Shown: positions 20,957 to 30,518 of the stretch, in pieces
Layout: the number at the start of each line of letters is the position of its first letter
Numbering within the stretch: the first letter of the stretch is position 1
Source of the DNA: an uncultured Actinomycetota bacterium
Lineage (GTDB): Bacteria > Actinomycetota > Actinomycetes > Mycobacteriales > Pseudonocardiaceae
Assembly: GCA_963720845.1 (NCBI GenBank)
Contig: CAVRHG010000001.1
Span: 14,487-78,486, forward strand
Direction of reading: 5' to 3'
DNA: 64,000 bases
The notes under the pieces: generated by a model
Databases searched by the model: none
Told to the model about the DNA's origin: nothing
What the model saw: the letters and a program-made list of their open reading frames with translations, nothing else
Translations under genes and position numbers: made by a program

Positions 20957-21484
20957 ATGGCGCTCGGGCTCGGTCGTTCGCTGCGCCGTACGGGGGTGGC
21001 CCTCCTGCTGGCCGGCGTCCTCGGCGGCTGTGCGGGAGCCCGGCTCGACGACGCGGACCTCGTCGCGACCCTGCGCGCGGAACTCGAGCGCCACGGCGTG
21101 CGGGCCGACGACCTGCGCTGCCCGACCGGCCTGCGGGCCGAGGTCGGGGAGTCGGTGCGGTGCACGTTCACCGTCGACGGACAGCCGGTCGACGCGGTCG
21201 CGCGGATTACCGCGGTCAACGGCGCCACCGTCACCTACGACGTGCACACCGAGGCGCGGCCGGTGGCGAAGGACGTGCTCGAACGGTCGGTGGCGCAGAA
21301 GCTCGAGCAGGCCGGGGTGCCTACGGGTACCGCGAGCTGTGCGGGAGACCTGCCGGCGCAGGTCGGGGCGACGGTGGGGTGCACACTGTCCGGCTCGGAC
21401 GGTGTGTCGACCTGGACCGTGACGACCACCTCCGTGGACGGCGGTAAGATCGACTACTCCATCGAGCAGGCGGGTCCCCGATGA
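20957..21484 (+). CDS. DUF4333-type lipoprotein (two Cys-pair domains)
   Basis: Lipobox LGGC; CPTGLRAEVGESVRC and CAGDLPAQVGATVGC. Confidence 0.85.
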   Translation: MALGLGRSLRRTGVALLLAGVLGGCAGARLDDADLVATLRAELERHGVRADDLRCPTGLRAEVGESVRCTFTVDGQPVDAVARITAVNGATVTYDVHTEARPVAKDVLERSVAQKLEQAGVPTGTASCAGDLPAQVGATVGCTLSGSDGVSTWTVTTTSVDGGKIDYSIEQAGPR

Positions 21485-21558
21485 GCGAGCTTGCGAGCGA
21501 ATCAAGTGTCACAGCGCCTCGCGAAGCGCCGACCGAGCGTAGCGAGGGAGAGCGATGA
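21481..21558 (+). mobile_element. MIRU-like element (74-bp period) encoding a 25-aa coupling mini-ORF
   Basis: ATGA overlaps the upstream stop; MSELASESSVTAPREAPTERSEGER*; its stop overlaps ATG 21555. Confidence 0.85.
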
Positions 21559-22118
21559 GTGGTTTGGGTCGGCTGGCGGCGGTGCTCGCGACGGCGCTCA
21601 CAACGGTCGCCCTCACGGCGTGCGGCAAGGTCGCCACGGACGACAGCGTCGAGGAGCAGATCAAGAGCCAGCTCGGCACCGACAGCTCGGACTGCCCGAC
21701 GGACCTGAAGGGCGAGCAGGGCCAGTCGATCATTTGTAACGCCACCAAGGGTGGCGAGGCCTTCGACGTCAAGGTCACCGTGACCTCGGTGTCCGGCGAC
21801 ACGATCAACTTCTCGATCGAGCGGGTCGGTGGACCCGCGACGGCCACGACGGCGGTGCCGGCGACCGCTGTCGCGCCCACCGTCGCCGGGAAGTCCGTCG
21901 CGCAGAGCGTCCTCACCCAGCTCGCGGCCGGCGGCAAGCAGGTGGACGAGGTCAGCTGCCCGGACCTGCCCGCATCGGTCGGGGCGTCGCAGCGGTGCAC
22001 CCTCAAGGCCGGCGCCGACACCTACGGTGTGACCGTCACGGTGACGGGCGTGCAGGGCACGGACGTCAAGTTCGACATCCAGGTGGACCAGACACCGACG
22101 ACCGCGCCGTCGCGCTGA
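21555..22118 (+). CDS. DUF4333-type lipoprotein
   Basis: Lipobox LTAC; CPTDLKGEQGQSIIC and CPDLPASVGASQRC. Confidence 0.88.
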   Translation: MSGLGRLAAVLATALTTVALTACGKVATDDSVEEQIKSQLGTDSSDCPTDLKGEQGQSIICNATKGGEAFDVKVTVTSVSGDTINFSIERVGGPATATTAVPATAVAPTVAGKSVAQSVLTQLAAGGKQVDEVSCPDLPASVGASQRCTLKAGADTYGVTVTVTGVQGTDVKFDIQVDQTPTTAPSR

Positions 22119-22147
22119 CGCCGCCGGAATAACGCTAACGTCGCCGG

Positions 22148-23584
22148 GTGCGCGAGGTCTTCACGGTCGAACATGTACGCACCGCGGAGCGGACGGTGCT
22201 GGCGCGGGTGCCGCCGGGTGCGCTGATGCGCCGTGCCGCGTTCGGGCTCGCCGTCGTCGCGCGCAGGATGCTCGCCGACCGCGGGGGCCGGCGCGTCGCG
22301 CTGCTCGTGGGTGCGGGCGACAACGGCGGTGACGCCCTGTGGGCCGGCGCGGCGCTGCGACACCGTGGCGTCGGCGTCACCGCGGTGCTCCTCGATCCGC
22401 AGCGGGCCCACGCGGAGGGGCTCGCCGCCCTGCGCCGGGCCGGTGGCCGCGATGTTGTGGCCGGTCCCGAGGCGGCTGCGGCGATCGCGCGCGCGGACCT
22501 CGTGCTCGACGGCGTCGTCGGCCTCTCCGGGCGTGGGCCGCTGCGCCCGGCCGCAGCCGAGCTCGTCGCCGTCGCGGACCGCGGCGGGATCCCGGTGCTG
22601 GCCGTCGACTCGCCCAGCGGCGTGGATCCCGACACGGGGACCGTCGACGGCCCGGCTGTCACGGCCGCGGAGACCGTCACCTTCGGCGCGCTCAAACCCG
22701 TGCACGTGCTGGCCGCCCACCGCTGCGGCCCGGTGCACCTGGTCGACATCGGGCTCGGATCGGAGCTGCCGGAGCCGCACGCGGTCGTCCTCGGCGAGGC
22801 GGACGTGGCGGCGCGCTGGCCGGTACCCGGCCCGACCGACGACAAGTACACCCAGGGCGTGGTGGGCGTCGCGGCCGGATCCGCCACCTACCCGGGGGCC
22901 GCCGTGTTGGCATCGGGGGCCGCCGTGCTCGCGACCAGCGGGATGGTGCGCTACGCGGGGTCGGCCGCCGACCTGGTCCGGGCCCGGTGGCCGGAGGTCA
23001 TCGCCACCGACGACATCGCCGACGCCGGGCGGACCCAGGCCTGGGCGGTCGGGCCGGGGATCGGGACCGACGACGCCGGCCGGGCACTGCTCGGGGCCGT
23101 GCTGGACCGTGCCGTCCCGGTGTGCATCGACGCCGACGGTGTGACGCTGCTCGGCCGGTACGCGGACCTGCGTGGTGCGCTCGCCCGCCGGCCGGTGGTG
23201 ATCACCCCGCACGACCGGGAGTTCGCCCGGGTTGCGGGAGAGGTGGGTCCGGACCGGATCGCCGCCGCACGGCGGGCCGCAGCGGCGCTGCAGGTGACGG
23301 TGCTGCTCAAGGGCAATGCCACCGTCGTTGCCGACCCGGACGGCCGGACGCTCGTGCACCCGTCGACGACGTCGTGGGCGGCCACGGCGGGCTCCGGCGA
23401 CGTGCTGACCGGGATCGTCGGCGCGCTGCTGGCCGCGGGCCTTCCGCCGTGGTGGGCCGCCGGGTGCGGCGCCTTCGTGCACGCCCGGGCCGCGGAGGTG
23501 GCGGCCGCCGGCGCCCCGACCCCGTCGTCGGCGATCCAGGGGTCGATCCCGGCGGCGATCCGGTCGATCCGTGCCGCGGTCTGA
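22148..23584 (+). CDS. nnr: Bifunctional NAD(P)H-hydrate epimerase/dehydratase
   Basis: GAGDNGGD, DKYTQG, ITPHDREF, ATAGSGDVL. Confidence 0.95.
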   Translation: MREVFTVEHVRTAERTVLARVPPGALMRRAAFGLAVVARRMLADRGGRRVALLVGAGDNGGDALWAGAALRHRGVGVTAVLLDPQRAHAEGLAALRRAGGRDVVAGPEAAAAIARADLVLDGVVGLSGRGPLRPAAAELVAVADRGGIPVLAVDSPSGVDPDTGTVDGPAVTAAETVTFGALKPVHVLAAHRCGPVHLVDIGLGSELPEPHAVVLGEADVAARWPVPGPTDDKYTQGVVGVAAGSATYPGAAVLASGAAVLATSGMVRYAGSAADLVRARWPEVIATDDIADAGRTQAWAVGPGIGTDDAGRALLGAVLDRAVPVCIDADGVTLLGRYADLRGALARRPVVITPHDREFARVAGEVGPDRIAAARRAAAALQVTVLLKGNATVVADPDGRTLVHPSTTSWAATAGSGDVLTGIVGALLAAGLPPWWAAGCGAFVHARAAEVAAAGAPTPSSAIQGSIPAAIRSIRAAV

Positions 23585-23881
23585 GGTTCGTACGGACGGC
23601 GGCAACCCGGCCGGCGAACTCCTCGTCGCTGAGACGGCGGTCCGGGCAATGCCCCTCAACAGTCCTGGCATGGCGATGGCGCCTCCCTGCCGGTCAGGTA
23701 CTGGTCGGTGCGGGAGTCTCGGTCGCCTCGAGAGATGCGATCATCGGGTCGTAAGCGATGAAGCTTCCGGCTACGAGCCGGGCACCGCCGGGATGCAGCG
23801 CGGTGACCAGGGGAGCTGCTCGTCGGACCCGATGGTGGTGGTCATCAGCTCTCCTTCCGACTGTCGGGCCGATGCGCGGCC

Positions 23882-24063
23882 CTAGATGTAGCGCGGGGTT
23901 GTTACGTAGACCTTGTCGTTCACCAGGGCGCCGACACCGGCCAAGGCGTGCCACACCCGGGAAATCATCACCACCACTGCTGCGAAGGCGGTGAGACCGG
24001 CGGCCCATGGCCTCCCGGACCGTCCCACATCGGTCAGGATCGGGACGGAGTGTCAGTACTCAT
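23882..24063 (-). pseudogene. Fragment of a small actinobacterial membrane protein (DUF7144-like)
   Basis: WAAGLTAFAAVVVMISRVWHALAGVGALVNDKVYVTTPRYI then TAG; out of frame with its ATG. Confidence 0.55.
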
Positions 24064-24289
24064 GTCCAGTTCCTCACTTCTCGATCCCGACGACGACCGG
24101 CCGCCCCGCGCCGAACCTGGTCATCAGTACCTCCCGGGTGCCCTCCATCGGCGCGAAGCGGGGCTCTGCCTGTGTATGCGCCTCGCACGGTCTCCCCGGC
24201 TGTCGCTCCCGGCCTCGAGCTGAGCCCGATGTCCCCACCCTGCCGGGGTGAGGCCCGGTCCCGGCTGCCGACCGAAGCTCAGGGCAGGA

Positions 24290-24420
24290 CCCAGCCTCCA
24301 CGTCGCCGACGACCTCTGCGTGGAGTTCGAGGTGGAGGTGAAGTGCGACGAGATCGAGGTCGAGTTGGAGCTGACCTGGTCGACGTCCCGCCCGGCCCGC
24401 ACCCGCTCCGCGAGCAACTT
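24290..24420 (+). pseudogene. C-terminal remnant of an amphi-Trp domain protein
   Basis: SLHVADDLCVEFEVEVKCDEIEVELELTWS: alternating acidic/hydrophobic strands ending in Trp. Confidence 0.65.
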
Positions 24421-24463
24421 GCGTGCCGGAACGCGCCACTCGCGCGGGTGCGAGGATGGAGAC

Positions 24464-25639
24464 ATGGACCGCGGCGGTATGGCCCGGACCGAGGCGGTCG
24501 TCGACCTCGCCGCGGTGCGGCACAACATCCGGGTGCTCGCCGCCGCCGCGCCCGCCGCCGCGGTCATGGCCGTGGTCAAGGCGGACGGCTACGGGCACGG
24601 GGCCGTCCCGGTCGCCCGGGCCGCGCTCGGCGCCGGGGCCACCTGGTTGGGTGTCTGCACCCTCGACGAGGCGCTCGCACTTCGCGGTGCCGGGATCGCC
24701 GCGCCGGTGCTGTCGTGGCTGCACCTGCCGGACGAGGACTTCGCGCCCGCCGTGGCCGTGGGGATCGACCTGTCCGCGTCGTCTCGGGCCCACCTGGCCG
24801 CCGTGCTCGACGGCGCCCGCCGAGCCGGCCACCCCGCGCGGGTGCACCTCAAGGTCGACACCGGCCTGAGCCGCAACGGCGCTGCCCTCGCCGACTGGCC
24901 GGACCTGCTCGACGACGCCGCGAAGGCCGCGGCCGAGGGCGCATGCGAGGTCGTGGCGGTGTGGTCGCACCTCGCGCACGCCGACGTCCCGGACCATCCG
25001 ATGCTCGACGTCCAGGCCGCGCGGCTGACCGCGGCGTGGCGCGCGGCGGTCGACCGCGGCCTCACGCCGATCCGGCACCTCGCCAACTCCGCGGCCACGC
25101 TGACCCGCCCCGACCTGCACCTCGACCTGGTCCGGCCAGGGATCGCCGTCTACGGGCTGGACCCGCTCGAACGTCCGGTCGGGCAGACCCCGCTGCGCCC
25201 GGCCATGACGCTGGCCGCGCACGTCGTGCTGGTCAAGCAGGTGCCGGCCGGGGAGGGCGTCTCCTACGGGCACGACTGGACGGCCGAGACGGACACCACG
25301 CTCGCGCTCGTCCCGATCGGGTATGCCGACGGTGTGCCGCGGCGACTGAACTTCGGCGGCCGGATGCGGGTGCTGCTCGGCGGCCGCCTGCGTCCGGTCG
25401 TGGGGCGGATCTGCATGGACCAGGTGGTCGTCGACTGCGGCCCGGCGGGTGGGGAAGACGAGGTGGCTGTGGGCGACCGCGCAGTGCTGTTCGGACCGGG
25501 GGACGGGGGCGAGCCGACCGCGCAGGACTGGGCGGACGAATTGGGCACGATCCACTACGAGGTCGTCACCGGGGTGCACGGGAACCGGGTGCGGCGCACG
25601 GTGGTCGACCGAGGTGCAGGCGACGAGGGCCGGGTATGA
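24464..25639 (+). CDS. alr: Alanine racemase
   Basis: AVVKADGYGHG, VHLKVDTG, HLANSA, IGYADG, GRICMDQ. Confidence 0.98.
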   Translation: MDRGGMARTEAVVDLAAVRHNIRVLAAAAPAAAVMAVVKADGYGHGAVPVARAALGAGATWLGVCTLDEALALRGAGIAAPVLSWLHLPDEDFAPAVAVGIDLSASSRAHLAAVLDGARRAGHPARVHLKVDTGLSRNGAALADWPDLLDDAAKAAAEGACEVVAVWSHLAHADVPDHPMLDVQAARLTAAWRAAVDRGLTPIRHLANSAATLTRPDLHLDLVRPGIAVYGLDPLERPVGQTPLRPAMTLAAHVVLVKQVPAGEGVSYGHDWTAETDTTLALVPIGYADGVPRRLNFGGRMRVLLGGRLRPVVGRICMDQVVVDCGPAGGEDEVAVGDRAVLFGPGDGGEPTAQDWADELGTIHYEVVTGVHGNRVRRTVVDRGAGDEGRV

Positions 25640-26742
25640 TCCACCGACGCGCCTGGCAGGCCGTCGGCGTCGCCGGAGGGCTGGTCGGTGCCGCCGCCAC
25701 GGGCGCGGCAGTCAGCCTGGCCGCCCGCAAGCGCCATCGTGACGCCCTCGACCGCCACGCGCTGGCCACCGAGCTGTCGACCGGCGCCGACGGCACCGGG
25801 GCGCTGCCCGCCGGTGTCGCGTCGTCGGTGACCGCGGACGACGGGGTCCGGCTCTCCTGTGAGGAGATCGAGCCGCCGCCCGGCGTGCCCGCCGACGTCA
25901 CCGTCGTGCTCGTGCACGGCTTCGCGCTCGACCGACGCACCTGGTACTTCCAGCGTCGTTTCCTGGCCGACGTCGGTGAGCCCGTGCTCCGACAGGTGAT
26001 CTACGACCAGCGCAGCCACGGGCGCTCCGAGCGGGCGCCGCGGGCGAGCTGCACGATCGACCAGCTCGGCCACGACCTCGCGGCCGTGCTGCGCACACTT
26101 GCGCAGGACGGCCCGCTCGTGCTCGTCGGCCACTCGATGGGCGGTATGACGATCATGGCCCTCGCCGAGCAGCAGCCGGAGCTGTTCGTCGAGCGGGTGC
26201 TCGGCGTCGCGTTCCTGGCGACCTCCGCGGCCGAGGTCGCGGGCCGCGGGCTGCCCGGCACCTTCCTGTCCCGGCGCAACCCCGTCACCCGCGGGCTCGG
26301 CCTGATCGCCGGCTGGCAGCCGCTGCTCGTCGAGGGCGCCCGGCGCGTCGGGCACGACCTGATCTGGACATTGACCCGCCGGTTCGCCTACGGCGACCGC
26401 CACATCGACCCGGCCCGCGTCGACCTCGTCGACTCGATGATCAGTGCCAATGCCGTGGACGCGCTGACCGACTTCGTCGAGACCCTCGGCACGCACGACC
26501 GCGTCGCCGCCCTGCCGGCGCTGTCCGGCTGCGAGATTCTCGTCGCGGCGGGCGACGCGGACGCGCTGATCCCCTTCCGGCACAGCGAGGTGATCGCCGC
26601 CGAGCTGCCGCACGCCACACTCGTGCGGCTGCCCGGCGTCGGGCACGTGCCGATGCTGGAGCAGCCCGAGGTGATCGACGCGGCCCTGGCCGACCTGATT
26701 GCCCGAGCCATCGAGCACCTACCCACCCGGAGGCGCGCATGA
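25636..26742 (+). CDS. Alpha/beta hydrolase with N-terminal membrane anchor
   Basis: VLVHGF, YDQRSHGRS, GHSMGG, GHVPMLE; ATGA overlap with alr. Confidence 0.92.
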   Translation: MIHRRAWQAVGVAGGLVGAAATGAAVSLAARKRHRDALDRHALATELSTGADGTGALPAGVASSVTADDGVRLSCEEIEPPPGVPADVTVVLVHGFALDRRTWYFQRRFLADVGEPVLRQVIYDQRSHGRSERAPRASCTIDQLGHDLAAVLRTLAQDGPLVLVGHSMGGMTIMALAEQQPELFVERVLGVAFLATSAAEVAGRGLPGTFLSRRNPVTRGLGLIAGWQPLLVEGARRVGHDLIWTLTRRFAYGDRHIDPARVDLVDSMISANAVDALTDFVETLGTHDRVAALPALSGCEILVAAGDADALIPFRHSEVIAAELPHATLVRLPGVGHVPMLEQPEVIDAALADLIARAIEHLPTRRRA

Positions 26743-27323
26743 GCACCGTCGACCGCGGCCCGGTGCCGCTGGACACACCGCTGGAGCTGCCCGGAACCGC
26801 CGACACCGAGGCGCTGGGCGAGCGGCTCGCCGCCGGACTGGGCGCGGGCGACCTCGTGGTGCTCGCCGGGCCGCTGGGCGCCGGCAAGACCGCGCTGGTG
26901 CGTGGCCTGGCGCGCGGGCTCGGGGTCGCCGGGCCTGTCACGTCGCCCACGTTCGTCATCGCCCGCGAGCACCGGCCGCTGCCCGGCGGCACCGGGGTGC
27001 CGCTGGTGCACGTCGACGCCTACCGGCTCGGCACCGCAGGCGATGTCGCGGCCGAGCTCGACGACCTCGACCTCGACACGGACCTCGACGGCGCCGTCGT
27101 CGCCGTCGAGTGGGGGGAAGGCGTGGCCGAGCGCCTCGCTGCGCGCCACCTGCTCGTCCGGCTGGACCGCCGGCCCGACGACGTGCGGGTCGCGGTCGTG
27201 CACCGGATCGAGGCCGTGGACGTCGAGGCCGTGGACGTCGAGGCTGTGGACGTCGAGGTTGGGCTCACGCCCACGACGGGTCGTCCGGCGGGGGGTCGTC
27301 CGGCGGGTAGGGGAACCCGCTGA
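26739..27323 (+). CDS. tsaE: tRNA t6A biosynthesis ATPase TsaE
   Basis: GPLGAGKT, VTSPTF, HVDAYRL, VEWGE. Confidence 0.96.
   Translation: MSTVDRGPVPLDTPLELPGTADTEALGERLAAGLGAGDLVVLAGPLGAGKTALVRGLARGLGVAGPVTSPTFVIAREHRPLPGGTGVPLVHVDAYRLGTAGDVAAELDDLDLDTDLDGAVVAVEWGEGVAERLAARHLLVRLDRRPDDVRVAVVHRIEAVDVEAVDVEAVDVEVGLTPTTGRPAGGRPAGRGTR
27210..27258 (+). repeat. 15-bp tandem repeat x3 (EAVDV) in the tsaE tail
   Basis: gaggccgtggacgtc unit. Confidence 0.8.
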
Positions 27324-27948
27324 TACCGCCGCTCTCGATGTCGCGCATGTCGTCGCGCAGATCGCGCAGCATCGTGTCCAGCTCCTCCGGGCCCGGATGT
27401 CGCTGCCCTTCGCCGACCAGGGCACGCAGCACGTCCGAGGGGCTCTGCCCGCGGTACTCGCACTGCAGGCCCAGACGGTTGAGCAGCTGGACGGTCTCGC
27501 GGTAGGGCAGATGGCACTCGCACTCGGCGGGGCGCGGTGCGTCGTCCGGCCGGAGCCGACCCTGCGCGTCCAGACCGCCGTAGCAGAGCAGCGGCTTGCG
27601 CAGCTCCCACAGCGGGTCGCTCGCGGGGTCCAGCCTGGTCGTCTCGGCCAGGAAGTCGAACCACTCCCACATGGCCTGCGGGATCTCGACCGGCCACAGG
27701 CAGCCGTGCAGCGAGCACCAGTTCGGGATGTCGCAGCGCAGCACGTGGTAGACGTCGGTGCGGGCCCAGCGCGTCGGCGAGACCGCGCGCCCGAACCCCG
27801 CGTCCGAAGCCACGCAGATCAGCGCGAAGTGGTCGGGATCGGTGCGGCGCTCCCGGCCGTCCTGCCAGCGCGCCGCCGCCACCAGCAGGTGGCCGTAGAC
27901 GTCGCGGATCGGGCCCAGCGCCTCGGAGAGGGGAATGAGGTGTGTCAT
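27265..27948 (-). CDS. Hypothetical Cys/Trp-rich protein
   Basis: 227-aa ORF with protein-like composition; CDIPNWCSLHGC and ECECH. Confidence 0.75.
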   Translation of the reverse strand: MTHLIPLSEALGPIRDVYGHLLVAAARWQDGRERRTDPDHFALICVASDAGFGRAVSPTRWARTDVYHVLRCDIPNWCSLHGCLWPVEIPQAMWEWFDFLAETTRLDPASDPLWELRKPLLCYGGLDAQGRLRPDDAPRPAECECHLPYRETVQLLNRLGLQCEYRGQSPSDVLRALVGEGQRHPGPEELDTMLRDLRDDMRDIESGGISGFPYPPDDPPPDDPSWA

Positions 27949-28078
27949 GGGGCCACCGTCGATGGCCGGTCCGACGACATCGGGCGGAACGGGCCCGCGC
28001 GACGGGAGTTGTCCACAGGCGGGCGGCCGCGTCGTGGCCGCAGACGGCGCTCCGAGGGGGACCGCATACGCTCGACCC

Positions 28079-28753
28079 GTGCTCGTGCTCGCCCTCGACA
28101 CCGCCACGCCGACCGTGACGGCCGGCGTCGTGGAGGTCCCGTCCGACCCGTCCGCGGGGATCACGATCCGGGCCGTCCGCGCCACCCACGACGCCCGCAA
28201 GCACGGCGAGCTCCTCCTGCCGGGTGTGCTCGCGGCGTGCGCGGAGGCCGGGATCGCGCTACTCGAAGTCGACGCGGTCGTCGTCGGAACCGGACCGGGA
28301 CCGTTCACCGGCCTGCGGGTCGGGATGGTGACCGCCGCCGCCCTCGGTGACGCGCTCGACCTTCCCGTTCACGGCGTCTGCTCGCTCGACGCGATCGCCG
28401 CCGACGCGGAGGGCGTCGACGGTCCGCTCGTCGTCGCCACCGACGCCCGCCGCCGCGAGGTCTACTGGGCCGCCTACACCGGCGGTGTCCGGATCTCCGG
28501 CCCGCACGTCGAGATCCCGGCCGCGCTTCTCGCCCGGATCCCCGAGCTGGGTGCGGTGGCGGCCGCGGGCGCCTGTGCGGGCGGAACCGGTCTGCGGGTG
28601 GTGTCCCCGGAGTCGCCGAGGCCCGGGGGACTGGTCGCGTGCGCCGTCGACGCGTTGCGGGCAGGCGCCCGGCCCGGCCCGCTCGAGCCGCTGTACCTGC
28701 GCCGCCCGGACGCCGTCGCCCCCGGCGCGCGCAAGCCGGCCCGCACCGGATGA
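28079..28753 (+). CDS. tsaB: tRNA t6A biosynthesis protein TsaB
   Basis: VLALDTAT, GPGPFTGLRVG, DARRREVY, EPLYLRRPDA; TACGCT -10 six nt before GTG. Confidence 0.96.
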   Translation: MLVLALDTATPTVTAGVVEVPSDPSAGITIRAVRATHDARKHGELLLPGVLAACAEAGIALLEVDAVVVGTGPGPFTGLRVGMVTAAALGDALDLPVHGVCSLDAIAADAEGVDGPLVVATDARRREVYWAAYTGGVRISGPHVEIPAALLARIPELGAVAAAGACAGGTGLRVVSPESPRPGGLVACAVDALRAGARPGPLEPLYLRRPDAVAPGARKPARTG

Positions 28754-29232
28754 CGGGGCCGGCGGTGACCCTGCCCACGGATGTGGTGATCGAGACCCTT
28801 CGCATGACCGACGCACCCCGGTGCGCCGCGCTGGAGGAGGTGCTCTTCCCAGGCGACGAGCCGTGGAACGCCGGCGCGTTCCGGGAGGAGATGCGCGCGG
28901 GCCACACCTACCTGGCCGCCCGGATCGACGGCGAGCTGGTCGGTTACGGCGGTGTCGCCGTGGTCGGCGGCCCGCCCGGCGCCGAGGGGGAGATTCACAC
29001 GATCGGCGTGGACCCGGCCCACCAGGGGCGCGGGATCGGCCGTGCCCTCCTGCGCGGGCTGCTCGCGGCGGCCGACGCGCTGCGCGCGACGGTGTTCCTG
29101 GAGGTCCGCACGGACAACGAGCCGGCCCGTGCGCTCTACGAGACCGAGGGCTTCACGGTGGTCGGCCTGCGGCGCCGCTACTACCGGCCCAGCGGTGCGG
29201 ACGCGTACACGATGCGGAGGGAAGCTCGGTGA
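28750..29232 (+). CDS. rimI: Ribosomal protein S18 alanine N-acetyltransferase
   Basis: GNAT QGRGIG, FLEVRTDN, RRRYY. Confidence 0.95.
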   Translation: MTGPAVTLPTDVVIETLRMTDAPRCAALEEVLFPGDEPWNAGAFREEMRAGHTYLAARIDGELVGYGGVAVVGGPPGAEGEIHTIGVDPAHQGRGIGRALLRGLLAAADALRATVFLEVRTDNEPARALYETEGFTVVGLRRRYYRPSGADAYTMRREAR

Positions 29233-29437
29233 GCGAGCGGAGCGAGCGAACAGTTCAGCACAGTGCATTCGCGAAGCGCCGACCGAGCGCCAGCGAGGGA
29301 GTGCGGTGAGCGAGCGGAGCGAGCGAACAGTTCAGCACAGTGCATTCGCGAAGCGCCGACCGAGCGCCAGCGAGGGAGTGCGGTGCGGCGAGCTTGCGAG
29401 CGGGCCGAAGTCGCTGCGACGGACAGGACAGCAATGA
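29229..29437 (+). mobile_element. Tandem MIRU-like elements (2 x 77 bp plus partial third) encoding two chained mini-ORFs
   Basis: Identical 77-bp units at 29229 and 29306; GTGA/GTGA/ATGA overlaps link rimI to tsaD. Confidence 0.9.
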
Positions 29438-30474
29438 TCGTCCTCGGGATCGAGACCTCCTGCGACGAGACCGGCGTCGGCGTCGTCTCCCTCGACGACA
29501 CGGGCCGGGTGGAGCTGCTCGCGGACGAGATAGCCTCCTCGGTCGACGAGCACGCGCGCTTCGGCGGAGTGGTGCCCGAGGTGGCCTCCCGGGCGCACCT
29601 GCAGGCGATGGTTCCGGCCGTGCACCGGGCGCTGGCGACGGCCGGGGTGCGCCCGGGTGACGTCGCCGCCGTCGCCGTCACCGCAGGCCCCGGTCTGGCG
29701 GGGGCGCTGCTGGTCGGGGTCGCGGCGGCGAAGGCCTACGCGGCGGCCTGGGGGGTGCCGCTCTACGGGGTCAACCATCTCGCCGCGCACGTCGCCGTCG
29801 ACACCCTCCAGCACGGTCCGCTGCCCCCGTGCCTTGCCCTGCTGGTGTCCGGCGGGCACTCCAGCCTGCTCGACGTCCCGGACCTCGCGGGCCCGGTCAC
29901 CCCGCTCGGCGCGACGATCGACGATGCCGCGGGCGAGGCGTTCGACAAGGTGGCGCGGCTGCTCGGGCTGCCGTTCCCCGGCGGACCGCACATCGACCGT
30001 GTGGGGCGCGACGGCGACCCCGCGGCGATCGCCTTCCCACGCGGGCTCACCGGTCCCCGGGATGCGCCGTTCGACTTCTCCTTCTCCGGGCTGAAGACCG
30101 CCGTCGCCCGCCACGTCGAGGGACTGCAGCGGGCAGGGGAGCCCGTGCCCGTGGCCGACGTGGCGGCGAGCTTCCAGGAGGCCGTCGTCGACGTGCTCAC
30201 GGCCAAGGCCGTGCGCGCTGCGAGCGAGCGGGGCGCGGAGACGATGGTGCTCGGCGGCGGCGTCGCCGCGAACTCCCGGCTGCGGGTGCTGGCCGAGGAG
30301 CGCTGCAGCGCGGCGGGGATCGCACTGCGGGTGCCACGCCCGCGGCTGTGCACCGACAACGGGGCGATGGTCGCGGCGCTGGGGGCGCACCTGCTGGCGG
30401 GCGGCGCGAAGCCCTCCCCGCTGGACCTGCCGGCGGACTCGTCGTTGCCGGTGACCGAGGTCCTCGTCGGCTGA
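29434..30474 (+). CDS. tsaD: tRNA t6A transferase TsaD
   Basis: [39 protein letters not shown]. Confidence 0.98.
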   Translation: MIVLGIETSCDETGVGVVSLDDTGRVELLADEIASSVDEHARFGGVVPEVASRAHLQAMVPAVHRALATAGVRPGDVAAVAVTAGPGLAGALLVGVAAAKAYAAAWGVPLYGVNHLAAHVAVDTLQHGPLPPCLALLVSGGHSSLLDVPDLAGPVTPLGATIDDAAGEAFDKVARLLGLPFPGGPHIDRVGRDGDPAAIAFPRGLTGPRDAPFDFSFSGLKTAVARHVEGLQRAGEPVPVADVAASFQEAVVDVLTAKAVRAASERGAETMVLGGGVAANSRLRVLAEERCSAAGIALRVPRPRLCTDNGAMVAALGAHLLAGGAKPSPLDLPADSSLPVTEVLVG

Positions 30475-30518
30475 GCCGGGGGCGCGAGTCGGCCCGGGAA
30501 ACGTGTGCCGACCGTGGG

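Noticed and set aside
24248-25639. Amphi-Trp/Alr fusion protein (463 aa)
   Set aside because: The upstream part is a truncated remnant without a credible start; alr of normal length begins at 24464 or 24479.
24007-26742. 911-aa ORF
   Set aside because: Shadow frame over alr; the real hydrolase starts at the ATGA overlap at 25636.
29229-29385. 77-bp repeats as a CRISPR array
   Set aside because: Units are directly adjacent with no unique spacers, and there are no cas genes.
29263-29433. N-terminal extension of TsaD (403-aa ORF)
   Set aside because: It is the repeat element read in another frame; canonical [11 protein letters not shown] starts at 29434.
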